Positions 12,545 through 26,529 of a stretch of DNA of 64,000 nt are shown piece by piece (the first letter of the stretch is position 1; each line of letters begins with the position of its first letter). The stretch covers positions 1 through 64,000 of the forward strand of contig JAUCBJ010004016.1 in assembly GCA_032718475.1 (NCBI GenBank), written 5' to 3'. A model generated the notes under the pieces. The model saw nothing but the letters and a program-made list of their open reading frames with translations. It was not told the DNA's origin and ran no database searches. The stretch is from Nemertoderma westbladi. Its lineage: Eukaryota > Animalia > Xenacoelomorpha. Position numbers and translations under genes: made by a program.

Positions 12545-13008
12545 TTTAATAATAATAATAATTGGATCTTTACTTGTTATCCAAAGGATATGAAATTACA
12601 TTCAAAGAAATTGAAGGACGTGTTAGATTTAAATACATTTGGTTACATTTTAGTTCAGGTTAGTTAAAAATTGCAATGTTAGTAAAATAATTTGGTGCGC
12701 AAAATCAAGTGGCCAGCGATAAGTCGAGGATAATGATGTACACGCACTGTTTAAGAGGGGGGAGAACATGTTGTAGGCGTGGCGTGGGCAGGAAATATAG
12801 TTGTCGGTTGTACCTTTGGGGTTAGCACAAAAAGCGCAGAAACGGGATTCATACAGACTCAATATGGATTTTATTATAGATTCAATAATAATGTTAAATA
12901 TTTTGCAAGATCAGCCTCTAGATATGACTATACGGAATATAACTTTATGGACTTTATCAACTTTAAGACATGTACCAAACGTTAGAACTACAACACACAT
13001 CTTTGAAC

Positions 13009-14997
13009 GGTTGGTGAAAATTCTTAGCCCGCGTGTTTTCTTAGCCCGCGAGTATTCTTAGCCCGCGAGTATTCTTAGCCCGCCGGTATTCTTAGGCCGC
13101 GAGTATTCTTAGCCCGCGGGTATTCTTAGCCAGTGAGTATTCTTAGCCCGCGAGTTAGTAAAGGAGCAGGTTAGTAAAGGAGCAGGTTAGTAAAGGAGCA
13201 GGTTTCAGAGGCGTATTGGGGGAACCAAAACAATAAACGTTATTGTTTTGCAGGCTAAGAATACCCACGGGCTGAGAATACCAACGGGCTAAGAATACCC
13301 ATGGGCTAAGAATACTCGCGGGCTAAGAAAACCCATGTGCTAAGAATACCCACGGGTTAATAATACGCACAGGCTAAGAATACACGCGGTCTAAGAATAC
13401 GCACGGGCTAAGACTACACGCGGTCTAAGAATACTACTACTACTAGGATCGGCATGCTGCATTGCAGCTGCATTTTTAAGAATGCTGTGCCGGCTTGTCA
13501 ACAAAATTGCACCGCCACAACTCCCTATCACCCATGACATTTGCTAGATCATCCGCATCTTTAAGGCCAGTGTCCTTTAAAATGCGTCTCAAGAAAGTCA
13601 TAAGCTGTCCACCATGCTTATTCACTCCATGAGGCTGCCAAGGTACAAGATTATGCACTGGCTGGTCCTCACGGCGAAAGCAATGTCCTGCAAAGCGGAG
13701 GCGATTTTGTTCTAGTGTCAAGCTTGGGGGAACCAATGAGACACCTCCAATGTTATATAGTGTCTGGTTGGAGATGTGTGCATTGTACTTGACACAATGA
13801 ACCCGGCGTAGCATTCTTGTGAATGTGCCATCCAGAGATTTGGTGTCCTCAACAGTTAGAGCCCAGCATGGACTCCCGTAGAGGAGTACTGGAACTACTG
13901 CTGCTCTAAATAATCGGACCTTAAGTTTCCGATTAATTCTAGGTGACTTCCAAATCCTGGAAAGCCTATTCAAGGCTGCCCATGCCTTTCCCTTACGTAT
14001 TCGAAGGTCCTCACCTGACTTCCGGATCCATGATCCCAGGTAACAGAAGTCGTCCACATGCTCAAGCATGCCATCCTTTGAGCTTATGCTCATCCGATCA
14101 GAGACTTGCTGAGGACTTTCAAAGTTAACTGTCAGAATTTTGGTCTTTCTGGAGTTAATAAAAAGACCAACACTAGAAGCAGCATGTTCTAATGAGCTGA
14201 GGAGCCGTTGGGCTCCCTCTAATGATTCTGAGAGTACTCCTAAGTCATCAGCAAAGTCTAGATCAGTTAGGTACTTGGCAGGATTTCCTCGACTTCTGGA
14301 GCCAGTAGGTGGAGTTATCATCACCCCATCATCATTATGATGATCTAAGGACATGCGTAGAACATAGTCAACCACAATAATGAACAAGAATGGTGCAAGT
14401 GTGTCTCCTTGGAGGACGCCCCATAACACTTCAAATGGTTCTGTGTCACCGTCAACAGTAGACACAAATGTTGCGAACCATCGTATACTGATCTGATTGC
14501 TGCAATAATTTCATCAGGAATCCCATATAATGAAAGTATGCTGAACATACGTGACAGAGAGACTGAATCAAAGGCCTTGAAGAAGTCAACAAAGATAACA
14601 GCCAGATGCCTGTCTTTCTTTTTTGATAATTCTTCAATTATCCTTCTAAGTGCCAAAATGGGCTCCATGGTCCCACGACCTTTACGGAACCCATTCTGAT
14701 TTCCACGGAGCAGTCTCTCAATGGGATCCCTGATGCGATTTAATAGAATCCTATTGTATAGCTTTGCAGCAATCGAGATCAATGAGATTCCCCGAAAAGA
14801 ACCATAGAGTGTTAGGTTGCCCTTCTTTGGAACTGGCACCAACTTATTTGTTTTCATTTCTTGTGGGACTCTTGTTGTTCGGTACATGTCTACTATGATG
14901 GGATAGATGGTCTAAGAATACCCACGGGCTAAGAATGCACGCGGGGTAAGGATACATTCGGGCTAAGAACACCCACCGGCTAAGAATTCCTGAGACC
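13009..14997. mobile_element. Foldback/MULE-like non-autonomous element with inverted 19-bp repeat arms, interrupted by an RTE
   Basis: Ends ggttggtgaaaattcttagccc / ggctaagaattcctgagacc. Arms of ttcttagcccgcgagta and its complement. 8-bp TSD ctttgaac/ctgtgaac. Second copy in the opposite orientation at 33158-33660. Confidence 0.8.
13435..14908 (-). mobile_element. 5'-truncated RTE-clade LINE (RT domain, one frameshift near 14465)
   Basis: FRGISLISIAAKLYNRILLNRI, QNGFRKGR, FVDFFKAFDS, GVLQGDTLAPFLF, DLDFADDL. Very short 3' UTR with (TAG)n tail. 13-bp TSD ggtctaagaatac at 13422-13434 and 14909-14921. Confidence 0.9.
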
Positions 14998-15459
14998 CTG
15001 TGAACTCATGGAATCAATACACCTAACATAAAATTCTTGGAATTGATACACCTACCAGTAATCGTATGGAAACAATACACCTAACAGTAATCGGGTGGAA
15101 GCGATACACCTAACATTAAATGTGTGGAAGCGATACACCTAACATGTATATTTACTATATATTCCCATTGCAGCTGCATGGGGGCGCAAGGTAAAAAAAC
15201 ACACTGAAAATTTATCTGGCAAATTAAATTCACCTAACATAGCTTGAAACTTCGCGACATGATTTTTTTCGTAATTTGAGACAACTGTTAGCGGAAAGTG
15301 TTAGCACAATTGCGAAGTTAGCACAATGATTGTGGGAATCTGGCGAAATGTTAGGTGTATTACGCGTTTGCACGCGCACAGAGACTTTTGAAAAACGGCC
15401 ATAGTATAATTATATCAGTTCGCTGATGGCTCGCCATTCGTGTCTCGCCCCACATTAAG

Positions 15460-16170
15460 TGTGACGGAATCCACTGGAGTTGACAGTGGTGGATTCCGAC
15501 CGGTGTGTGGATTGTACGCGTCGTCGCGTCCGTGGGCTCTTGGGCTAGCACTGTATATATTAGGCCGAAGGCCGTTGAAAATGACAGGGTTAAATTGTCA
15601 GTATTAATAATCACAGTAATTGATAATAGCAGTCTGAATATAATAATATGCAATACAAACAGTAACGATGACGGTCAAAACTGTTCCGGTCTCACAACCT
15701 TAAGGAAATCAACTAAACTAAATCAGTAATCACAACGGTTATATCATTGACACATATTACATTAGCCCTACACTACAGGATGGCCTTTATGCGCTCTTGT
15801 CCAAAAAGTTCGCACAATAATAATTTAAATAATATTATTAAAAGTTTGACGTCCGAATAAAATCAGATTACGCCTTAGCAGCCCAACTACTTGTTGAGGC
15901 TCACTCAACGTGTTGGCGGGCCTATTTTACACAAGCGGCGATACCTTTACCGTATGGTAGTTAATATGTCCAGATGTTTAGGTAAAACCAGTAGTGTGTT
16001 CTTTGCATATTTAACATGAGCCTATGGGGAGTATTGTTGTTGTAAGATAAGTCAGGGGAAGGGAAATACAACTCAACAACTAGACAACTCTACAACTTTC
16101 AGCTATCCCGGGAGGTTGATTGACAGACACTTCTAAGCTTTGATATTTAGCCGCTCTAGGTAGACTTACA
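15460..16170. mobile_element. Probable solo LTR of a family related to the 5967-8751 element
   Basis: Begins tgtgacgg and ends cttaca. Shares ordered blocks with the other LTR (ccgaccg, gtacgcgtc, ggccga(a)ggccgttga, cgatgacggtcaa, ccggtct). Flanks ttaag/ttagg give a 5-bp TSD with 1 mismatch. Confidence 0.55.
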
Positions 16171-17873
16171 TTAGGCAAACTCCAAGTGATTTCCTAAAGG
16201 GAATTTGCCATTTCCTATTATGTAGGATCCAATAGGACGTTATTTGAAAGCGTTACTGTACATACAATAGTGTATTAATTATTGTTGTACCTTGTACGGA
16301 ATAATGTTGCTAGTAAAATATATATTCGAGATTGCGGAATTCTGGAATATTAATAAGTCAACAATTTATTATCATTAATGAGTCAAGTTTTTGATGAGCA
16401 GTTGCAAAAATAAAAACAATGCCCCTATGGGAATGTTTCCCTTAAGATTTATCCTCCTGTACACTTTACCTGGGTTGTCTGGTGGACGAGAACCTAAGCT
16501 ATTGATTTTCGTTTATTGTTTTGCGGCAGTAAAATAAAGTTATAAAAGACGATTTACAAAAAAGTTCCGTATTTCAAGTACATGTACGGCAAAAATCGAA
16601 TTTGGTTGGATAATACCAGATACGATATTTTTGAGTGTCATATGCCTATTCGTAATCGTAATCAGTGTCTCACAAAACCCACAATGTCTTAAAATTAGGT
16701 TGATTTGGTAATCGCCTACTTTGCAAAGCTGTGCCCAACAAAAGTTATAATAGCTTCTACGATATTTTAGCCAATAGCCGCGGAAACATACAACCTCCAG
16801 GACTATTTTGTAGATTTTGTAGCAATAATTTCTGCATCTACTGTATATTTCAATATTTTATCACATTAATGGTCTCATGTGGGGCCACATATATATATAT
16901 ATATATATTGAAAGAAATAATATGTGAATTATTCAATAACAAAGAAATATACAATAATTTGTAGCCAAGGCGACTAAGAAGTAAAATAGTGCTTTTTTAT
17001 ACGTTGTTGAACTCGGTTACCATGGCAACAAACCGCAAACCTGTTTTATGTCCGTTTTATGTTTACCCCCTGCTGATAGATCTTGTTTCAGACTGCCATC
17101 TGGAATTATTCCAGTTTGTGTCACAATTATTAACCCCCTGCAGCCCATGACATGCATGGTCTGTCCATGGACTTCTAGAATATTAATTTATACCAGGACT
17201 GGAAACTGTTTATTCGGAAATACCAGTTGAGGCCTGCTTTCTGATTTTTGCTAGCAGTTATTTATTTTATGAATCATCATATCTAAACCGCTACCGTTTG
17301 AGTTGTTCTGAACGGATTTTAATAATTTATGTAGCATTAGATGCTCAGATTTCTCAGCTATACTTATATAAAATAAAACAAACTCTTACACTTAGCCGTG
17401 CCATTATAGAAATTTTTCGAAATAATAAAATGATCTTAAAATATTTGTTCTAGAACAAAATAATTTTTATATTAAATGATTAGATAATATGTTCTAGAAC
17501 ATTTAAAAAAAAAGTAACAAAAACTAGCTAGTATAAAAATACTGTATATACAAAGATAACATAAAATAAAAAGTGTATGCAAAGATAATATATATATAAC
17601 ATATTATATTATATTATATATATAACATATTAACATATTTTACAAAATTTTAAAAATTAATAAATTAGCTAGTGCTTTTTACTTCTTGTTCTAGAACAAA
17701 AAATATTTGTTCAAGAACAAAATTTTTATATTAAATGAATAGATAATATGTTCTAGAACATTTAAAAAGAATAAACAAAAACTAGCTAGTATTAAAAATG
17801 TAACCGTAACAAAATGTAATTGTACGTAGAATATATTACAATCTAAATATAATTATATTGAATATATAGGTGA

Positions 17874-18089
17874 CACGGCAAACTGTAAGAGAGCCGGGGG
17901 GAGAGCACGGCAAACTGATAGAGAGCCGGGGGGGGCACGGCAAATTGTAAGAGAGCCGGGGGGGGGGCACGGCAAACTTTAAGAGAGCCGGGGGGGGGGG
18001 CACGGCAAACTGTAAGAGAGCCGGGGGGGGGCACGGCAAACTTTAAGAGAGCCGGGGGAGGGGGGGGCACGGCAAACTGTAAGAGAGCC
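17874..18089. repeat. Minisatellite, ~31-bp unit cacggcaaactgtaagagagccg(g)n, ~7 copies
   Basis: Direct reading. It explains the Pro-rich minus-strand ORFs. Confidence 0.9.
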
Positions 18090-18267
18090 CAAATAATTGG
18101 CTTGGCTGATTGGCTTAATGTCTGGCCTGGTTTAAGATGGTGTGTGGTGTAGCGGTATGAATTCCCTTTGCCCTTTGAACTAATGAGGCAGTATGTATCC
18201 AGTGCAGAAGGAGGCAGGCAGGCAGGTGGGTTGAGATTGAGCTTAGCTCGTTATTTTATGTTTTACC

Positions 18268-19486
18268 GGGATCTAGGACACTTCCCCCCCGGACACTTCC
18301 CCCCCGCCCAAGTAGGACACTTCCCCCCCCGGACACTTCCCCCCCGGACACTTGCCCCCCGGACACTTCCCCCCCAGTTAAAGTGTTAAAATTAATCTGG
18401 GTGCATCAAAGCAATAAACAAAAGTTAAAGATGGTTACAGGACAAGTTGTATCTAGACAAGTTTTTCAAAATTATAAAAGAAACATTTTTATAGTCAAAT
18501 TTTGTTTGTTTTTCTTTTAATTCCTTTAATTCTTTTAATTTCTTTTAATTGGGGGCTGCCGCCCCCAAACCCCCGCTTCTTTTGTTGGGGGCTACCGCCC
18601 CCAAACCCCCGCTTCTTTTCTTGGGGGCTGCCGCCCCCAAACCCCCGTTCTTTTCTTGGGGGTTATCGCCCCCAGACCCCGGCATTTCCCTGAGTGCCCG
18701 TGGTGAAAGACTTAAGACCACTTTGAAATAATTAATTCATGTTTGTATCATCAGATAATAAATTGACTAAGCCTAAAGTAGGAGCTGTATTGAATGTTAA
18801 CCAATTTAATATATAAATTACTACAATATTATATAATTCAACAAAATCCTATTAAAAATATTGCAAGTAACCAGGAAATTTAATATGTAGTGTGTATAAT
18901 ATCTATATAGTATGTATAGTAGTAATATATATATCAATATGTAATGCTGAACACAGAATACAGGTCGACGCATGTCGATTTTACCCTGGAGAGGTATAAT
19001 TTTGATTGCAACAATAATATTCATCCCCATCTGCTACAATTTGAAGAAGACTATTACATAATAATACCTATAATTAAAACAATTAATTATTATTATTCTA
19101 TAGTAAATAAAAACAGTATATCATTCCGGGGATGGAATTTATACGTCATCGAATATAATTAATTGTTTAAAGATTAGCAAACAATACGATGTAATTGCAT
19201 TGATAAAACCCATAAATAAAACTTGGATATAAAATGTAAAATCGGGATGCAAAAGATCACTTTCTGAGCTACGAAAGGAAAATTGAATACAACTTATCTG
19301 GATACAAGCGGTCCGTTTACCTTACAAAATTAAAAATACGAATGTGCGAAGTTAAGAACAGTCGGGGGGGAAGTGTCCGCGGGGGGGAAGTGTCTGGGGG
19401 GGAAGTGTCCGGGGGGGAAGTGTCCTACTTGAGCGGGGGGGAACTGTCCGGGGGGGAAGTGTCCGGGGGGGAAGTGTCCGAACACC
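18268..19486. mobile_element. Foldback/MULE-like non-autonomous element with inverted ggacacttccccccc repeat arms
   Basis: Left arm 18276-18376, inverted right arm 19363-19480. Flanking duplication gttttacc(g), 8-9 bp. Internal gggggctgccgcccccaaacccccg repeats at 18551-18680. Confidence 0.82.
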
Positions 19487-20419
19487 GTTTTACCGGCATA
19501 GAATTTTTAGCTCTGATGTACATGAAGCAGTGAAGGGTGAAGCACGAGCACAACATAAGCCAAACCTAACTTATTCAGTTATTCAGCTATATCTGGAAAT
19601 ATGTAATTACTTAATAATTAATTAATTAACTTATATTATAGGTTATTAATTAGGTTAATTATTGTGAATGAATTCACAATAATTAACTTAATTAATTAAT
19701 TATTTTATTTATATAGGTCTCAATAAGAAGGTGTACTTCTAAGCTGCCCAAATGTATTAATCTATTAATTTATTTACACGATTGTTGCAGAAATCTACGT
19801 AAATACTTTAATGGAGATTGGACAGTCTCCTACAGTATTAATTTATTTACGCGGTTGAAGTACAAATCCGAGTAAATACTTTAAAGGAAGTCGGGCAATT
19901 AACGTTTTTACGTATGGAAGCTGTCGGGCGACCGTAGTCACAACATTTTAATTAAAATTTATGACATTATACATTAAAATGGTCACACAAAATAAACTGA
20001 ATAAAAACTGAAAACATTAAACTATCTGGCCAAAGATACATGGCGGGCACACGGCACAGGCACTCACTTGGTTACCGATTACCATTAATTGCTTCTTTGC
20101 CTAACCTTACACTCAAGTTAAAAATTATGCCTTAAACTGTTAAAGGTTAAAGCCCCTCATACTGTCATAAGGAACTGGAGGGTATACACTAAAGCCCAAT
20201 ATTGGATCTCCCTCCAATCAGCCAATAGTCAAACCAACATCTATTGATGTAATACAGTACAAGCACAAGCAATGTACAAGCAATGTACCTAATGTTAATG
20301 TACCAAATGTTATTGTTGTTGCGACACTCGGCACTGTACCTAATGTTAATGTACCCAATGTTGTCGCGACACCCGGCAAAGTACCTAATGTTAATGCTAA
20401 AGTAATTACTCATATCAAC

Positions 20420-23400
20420 ATGTTACCCGGCAACTCACTTCACCTTTGCATTATGAACCCCAGGTCAGCCCGAAACAAAAGCGCCGAGATTGTGGAATTC
20501 ATTTCCAACAATAATATTGACATATGCGCGCTAACAGAAACCTGGTTCAGCGCTAACGATACAGTGGCAAAGAACCTTTGCGCTCCAAAGGGATACACTA
20601 TCGATGACTCACCACGGCTTAACCGCCCTGGTGGAGGCACCGGTGTAATTCTAAAAGACTCATTACACTACACACTGCACAGCACTAACGAAAATAGCTC
20701 ATTCGAATACTCAGTATGGTCCATTAAATCTTCTAACACCAAACTATGTTTGGTCGTTATCTACCGCCCACCATATAGTACAGCTCATCCCATTACATGC
20801 TTAACGTTTTTTGACGAATTCCCGAAATTCATCGAACCATGGCTTTGCTGTGAGGAGCGACTAATTGTGGTAGGCGACTTTAATATACATGTAGACATAG
20901 AAGATAATTACGATGCATCTAAGTTTTTGGACATTCTTGACAGTATAGGCTTACAACAACACGTTTCCATCCCAACCCACGAATCCGGACACACACTTGA
21001 CCTAATAATGACTAGAAATTGCGGCGATTTGACTGTAAGTCCACCGACCGGATCGTATTACGTTTCCGATCACTGTGTGGTGCAATGCCTCATTTCTATA
21101 CCGAAGCCCCAATCTATTCCTAAAACTATTCAATTTCGAAATATAGGGTCAGTAGTAGTTGACGATTTGAACAGGGATATATGCAACTCAGATCTCTGTA
21201 AACCATCATTTACCGCTCTCAACATTGATGAACAGGCATTAACCTACAATAAAACGCTTTCTGCATTGATTGACAAACACGCCCCAATAAAGACCAAATC
21301 AATTACTGAACGCTCTGGTCCAAAATGGTTCACCGGGAACGCTAGGAAACTGAAGTCCCAACGCCGGACTGCTGAACGGCATTGGCGGCAATCGAAATCA
21401 CCTACTGACATGGCGGAATTCAAACGAATTAGGAAACTATACACAGCACAATTAATTTCCGACCGTAGATCCTTTTACCGGGGCGAGATTGATGCATGTA
21501 ATGGTGATCAGAAGGCGCTGTTCAGCCTGGTTAGGTCGCTTGCAAAGCAACATAAAAATATTACTTATCCCGCCCACAGCTCTCCTACCGAACTAGCCAA
21601 CATGTTCGCTGACCACTTTGCTACAAAGATACAAATTATCAGAGATAATCTAGACGAAATGAATGCGACTGGATCTGGAATACGCGATCCCCTTTGCAGC
21701 TTTGAACCAGATGGTACATTAAGCATTACCGAAACAGACAACTCTGTGGCCAGCGCGTCACTCTCATCCTTTAAAGTACTGTCCACACCTAGCATTATAA
21801 AACTAATAAAATCTGCCCCAAATAAACAATGCCCTCTAGACCCATTACCTACAAGTACGCTAAAACATTGCATTTCAAGTCTTTGCACACCCATAACAAT
21901 TATGACTAATAACTCTCTGCAGAGTGGTACAGTCCCAGATATTTGGAAAACAGCGCAGGTCTCCCCATTACTAAAAAAAGTTAGTCTTGACTCGACTCTG
22001 AAGTTTAACTTCCGACCTGTTAGCGGTTTGCCCTTCGTTTCAAAAATTGCAGAAAGAGCGGTGGTGTCGCAATTTCTCCCCTATATAAACGAACATCATC
22101 CCTTGCCAACCAACGAATCTGGATATCGAAAATTTCATAGCACAGAAACAGCACTGATTAAAGTCCAATCAGATATTCTTATAAACATGGATAAGAAAAA
22201 AGTGACATTTCTAGTACTTCTAGATCTCAGCTCCGCCTTCGACACCGTTGACCACGATCGCCTTCTGCGTGTGTTCGAATCTGACCTGGGAATTTGCGGC
22301 ACATGTCTACGGTGGTTCTCATCCTTCCTCCGGGGGCGCCGCCAACACGTAACAACTCTCGGTTCCAATTCCAGAGAACACGTATTGGAATACGGCTTCC
22401 CCCAGGGTGCATGATTATCCTGTCACTATTTCAGTAATTTCGGGCGGGGTCTATTTACTATCATTGAGAACCACTTGCCAATCGCCTTACATGGATATGC
22501 TGATGACAAACAAACATACCATGCGTTTCAGCCATCAAGTGAATCCAACGAAACAGATGCATTACAAGCCCTCCAGAGATGTATTGCAGATATACGTAGG
22601 TGGTTTATTGTAAACAAACTTAAAATAAACGATGATAAAACCGAGTTTATAATACTGGGAACACCTCAACAACTCTCTAAAGTATCTACACAATACCTAA
22701 ACGTTGGTAACTTTAAAATACGCCCTGCAAAATTTGTAAAGAACCTCGGCACATGGTTCGATCCAAATCTCACCATGGGAAAATTCATATCCAAAACTTG
22801 TAATGCCGCGTTCTTCCACATCCATAATATTCGCCGTATCATCAACTTTCTTGACCAAAAGTCCGCTAAAACAGTTATACATTCACTTATTTCAAGTCGG
22901 ATTGACTACTGTAACGGCCTCCTCTATGGGGTGTCTAGCTACCAACTAGCAAAATTGCAACGTGTGCAAAACTCGGCCGCCCGCCTACTAACTAGGGTTC
23001 ACAAGTATGACCACATTACGCCGAGTCTCAAAGAATTACATTGGCTACCAGTGCGTAAACGCATTGAGTTTAAATTGCTTCTCCTTGTCCACAAGTCCAC
23101 CTTAGGTCACGCACCACAGTACATATCTGACATGCTTGTCCGGGTCAATCGCAATAACAACACTACAAGGAATTGCTCTACACTCACTTTCGTTGAGCCG
23201 CGATTCAACTGTCAAACCCTAGGGCGCCGGGCATTCCCAGTAGCCGCCCCACGACTCTGGAACAAACTCCCAAAAGATATCCGCTCGATTTCCGACACCA
23301 CAATTTTTAAACAGCGACTCAAAAGTCAAAACACATCTTTTTGAAATTGCATATAATTAAACTCCAAAACATGAACTCTCTAATTCTTTTATTCCAACTC

Positions 23401-23828
23401 TAGATATTCAATCAACTCTCCAAAAACTGTAAACTTCTTTTAATTTGTTCTTCATGCGTTTTTTAGTGTTTCTGTTCATTTTATTACCCCATCGCTCGTT
23501 TTTATTGTTTCAGTACGTCCGTCAACTACACTTTTTAACTATGCTAATTAATTTTTTTATTACATATTTTTTACTGTACGTTTCATTTACGGCAGTACGG
23601 CGAGTATATTTATCAATTTGTACTGTATGTTCCACTTTTTAACGATTGTAATAACTTTTAGTCATTTCGAACTGCACGTTTTATCGTTAGTGACGACTAT
23701 AATTTTTTAATTTCTGTACTACTTGCACTGCTAGTTTTAATGTTATATTGCTTGTGACGTAAGCGCCTTAGCATACTTCTATTGTTGTAAATTCGGCGCT
23801 ATACAAATGCATCATTATTATTATTATT
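20420..23828 (+). mobile_element. L2-clade LINE ORF2 (APE endonuclease plus RT), disrupted by stop/frameshift at ~22412-22475
   Basis: APE motifs ALTETW, IYRPP, GDFNIH, HTLDLI, SDH. RT motifs LLDLSSAFDTVDH, PQG, YADD. L2 C-terminal SRIDYCN, LQRVQNSAARL, LHWLPV. 3' end aagcgcc...ggcgctatacaaat followed by (att)n. The 5' boundary is uncertain and may extend to ~20150. Confidence 0.9.
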
Positions 23829-24280
23829 GTACCGGTCTGCCGCTGCCGGTACTGTAATCTGGTAGTACTGTAATTACAGTAATAAGCAGTGCAGTAGCCC
23901 AGTTAGTAGCCCCTGACTGCAGTACCAGTACTGCCCTACATCCCTACACTGCTATACAGTAAGTGCATTACAGCATTATTCCGGTAGGCCTACTCTGTTA
24001 ACCTCTTAACTGTTACCAGGCAGCCCAGCAGCCAGGTGCCAGCTGCCAGGTCACCGTACTTGGTAGTGCATTCAGCTTCAATATGGCTTCACGGGACGGT
24101 ACTTACTTCTGTACTTACTTAGGGCCTAGCCCTAGGCCTACTCTACTTCTACTACAGTAGGCCGACTAAATATAGGCCTAATTACTTAGTCACTACTACA
24201 GTAGGCCTACTAAATATAATTACTTAGTCAAACAGTTTCCGGCACGTTCAGACGTTCAATTTGTCAATCGTTGCATCGTT

Positions 24281-24950
24281 ATGGAACCGCGCGCGGCACC
24301 GTTAGCTAACGGCCCCGTCCCTTTCATTCCTCCAACCTCCCCCCAAACCGAAGTTTACGACAAACCGTTGACCTTAGAAATCCTAAGTTTAGTCAACGAA
24401 TCCCAACAGCAGCACGGTCTGCGTCATTCTGACTACCAACGGTACCGACAGTACTGCAGTCGTCGCATTCGCAGACTGCGCCACTCGCTGCACTTCAATC
24501 ACACGTCTAAGAGTAAACGCTTCAATAAGAAACCGATAGTCGCAGAGACAGTAACAGATGTGCGTTTCCTACACATACTGTTGATGTTATCGGAGCGAGC
24601 GTGGAGCTTCGCGATGCAACTGAAAGAGCAATCGAATACGGAACCGCGGAAGCGATTCCACCTGATACGGCGAATGAAGAAGGCCGTCGGGTTTACCTCC
24701 CGGCTTGAATCTCTCTGTTCTTCCGTGACTCGCGTTGACGCCGGCTCCCGATTGGAGAGTCAGGCCTACTGCAGCTGGATGAAGGGGATGCTTAGTTTCG
24801 AGTTGAGTCGCTGGAGCGACGCGTTGGTTCAGTTGACGGTCGCGGCGAATATTTACCAGAAACTGGACGAGGCGTTTGGGGGATCGTCTGGATTCGCTTT
24901 GAAGAGGGAGGAGGTCTTACCTAGTATCCGTTACTGCGCCTACAATATAG
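24281..24950 (+). CDS. SRP68: Signal recognition particle subunit SRP68, coding exon 1
   Basis: LEILSLVNESQQQHGLRHSDYQRYRQYCSRRIRRLR, ERAWSFAMQLK, EPRKRFHL, RYCAYNIG. Phase-1 donor ag|gtacgg at 24950/24951. Confidence 0.93.
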
Positions 24951-26349
24951 GTACGGTAAATACTTGATGTATTAATACGGTCTGACGGTTGGGTTTTCTC
25001 AGCGAGATTTGGTTTCTATGTGCAACCAAATCTCGTTTCACAAATTCAAAGTATCACTAACATATTATAGGAATTGAATTTCGCCCTATCTTATAAAATT
25101 CGGTTGTTTCGAATAGGGTGAGGGCACTGAGGGAGGGGTTTGAATCCGGTTACCATATGGCAGTATGGCCACTTTTCAAATTTCCGTACGTCTTGAAATG
25201 TTAAGCGAGCCACGAAGTAAGGTGAGACTTAGCATAGGGGTACCATTAATCAAACTGTTGTTCTGTCGTGTCCAATTTTGAACGTTAATAACTCAGCCAA
25301 TCCTCAGTGAAATCTATTTTAAATTTTCCAAGTTGAATTTGCGTGTAACCTTCGAGAAGCTAAGATAAAAGCAGTTAATTAGTTAATTAAGTTGATTACG
25401 GTACAATCTGCATTTTCAAGCCTGTCTTTTAGTTTAAGTTATTTATTTATGGGGGGGGGGGGGCAGGTTGGAATTCATGCATGAGCGCGCGGGTACTCTT
25501 TGTTGTTTCGAGATCACCGCGCACCTGAAATTGGCTAGCGCACCTCACCATAATCCATGCAAAATCAGAAAATCATGCAGCTCATGTCATGCATATCTCA
25601 AAAAATCGTACAACTCATAAGAACAATTTTACATTCCTTTTTTACAATTTTGAGCGTTTTATTCAAAACTTATCTTAGTATGTTGAATCTACATAATAAA
25701 TTAAACAGTTAAATGCAACATCAAAATCAATCAATCAATCAACAAAATTGTTACTATTAAAAAATATTTTTGTAATCCACTACATTTACATTTGAAAATA
25801 CATAACCCTATACTGTATGAAATTTGAATAAATATGCAATACTTCATTATCATTCTGTCATTAGGTACCAGTAATACTGTGTATAATAATTAGTATTAAC
25901 ATACAGTTTGCTTATATAATCTGATAATTAAGTCATAGGCCAACTTAATACATTGTTACTTTCTGACTTTACCTGTTTACTAACGCAAACATAATAAATA
26001 ACAATAGTAGGCCCTAGTTAAAATAAATTGATAAATTGTTTCACCTCCGTTATTATCGTGAAATTATTTGACTGTTTGAACAATTGCAAATAAGAAATAA
26101 ACGCGAGCGAAGCGAGTGAATTTTTTTGCGTATTTTCTTGATCATCAATTAATTTGTGGTGCGCATCAGAGATGCGCGCTGAGGCGCAACGCGCATCTGT
26201 CTCACCCGAACGCGCAAAGAAACAAGTGAAGTGAAGAAACATTTCTGAGGTCATTTATTGCCATTGCTTGTTTCAATGGTTACATGGGAACTAACAATTT
26301 GTATAGCGTTACCATGGTAGAGATACGGTAAGAGACTTATGGACTATAT

Positions 26350-26529
26350 TGGACGGATCGATCCATCATGGATGTTGGACGGATCCATCATGGATGTTGG
26401 ACGGATCCATCATTGATGTTGGACGGATCCATCATGGATGTTGGACGGATCCATCATGGATGTTGGACGGATCCATCATGGATGTTGGACGGATCCATCA
26501 TGGATGTTGGACGGATCCATCATGGATGT
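26350..26529. repeat. Intronic minisatellite, 22-bp unit ggatgttggacggatccatcat, ~8 copies
   Basis: Direct reading. Confidence 0.92.

Larger units (their letters stand above)
4724..16258. mobile_element. TA-flanked TIR element (Tc1/mariner-pogo-like, non-autonomous) expanded to 11.5 kb by nested insertions
   Basis: Left TA|cagtaccgctttcaaataacgtcgtattggatccta and right taggatccaataggacgttatttgaaagcgttactg|TA form ~36-bp inverted repeats with 2 mismatches, with TA on both sides. No transposase seen. Confidence 0.7.

Noticed and set aside
22405-22480. Programmed readthrough or frameshift in the L2 ORF2 (also considered for the RTE at ~14465)
   Set aside because: The break falls inside the conserved RT PQG...YADD interval with no slippery site. 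Ordinary decay is the simpler explanation.
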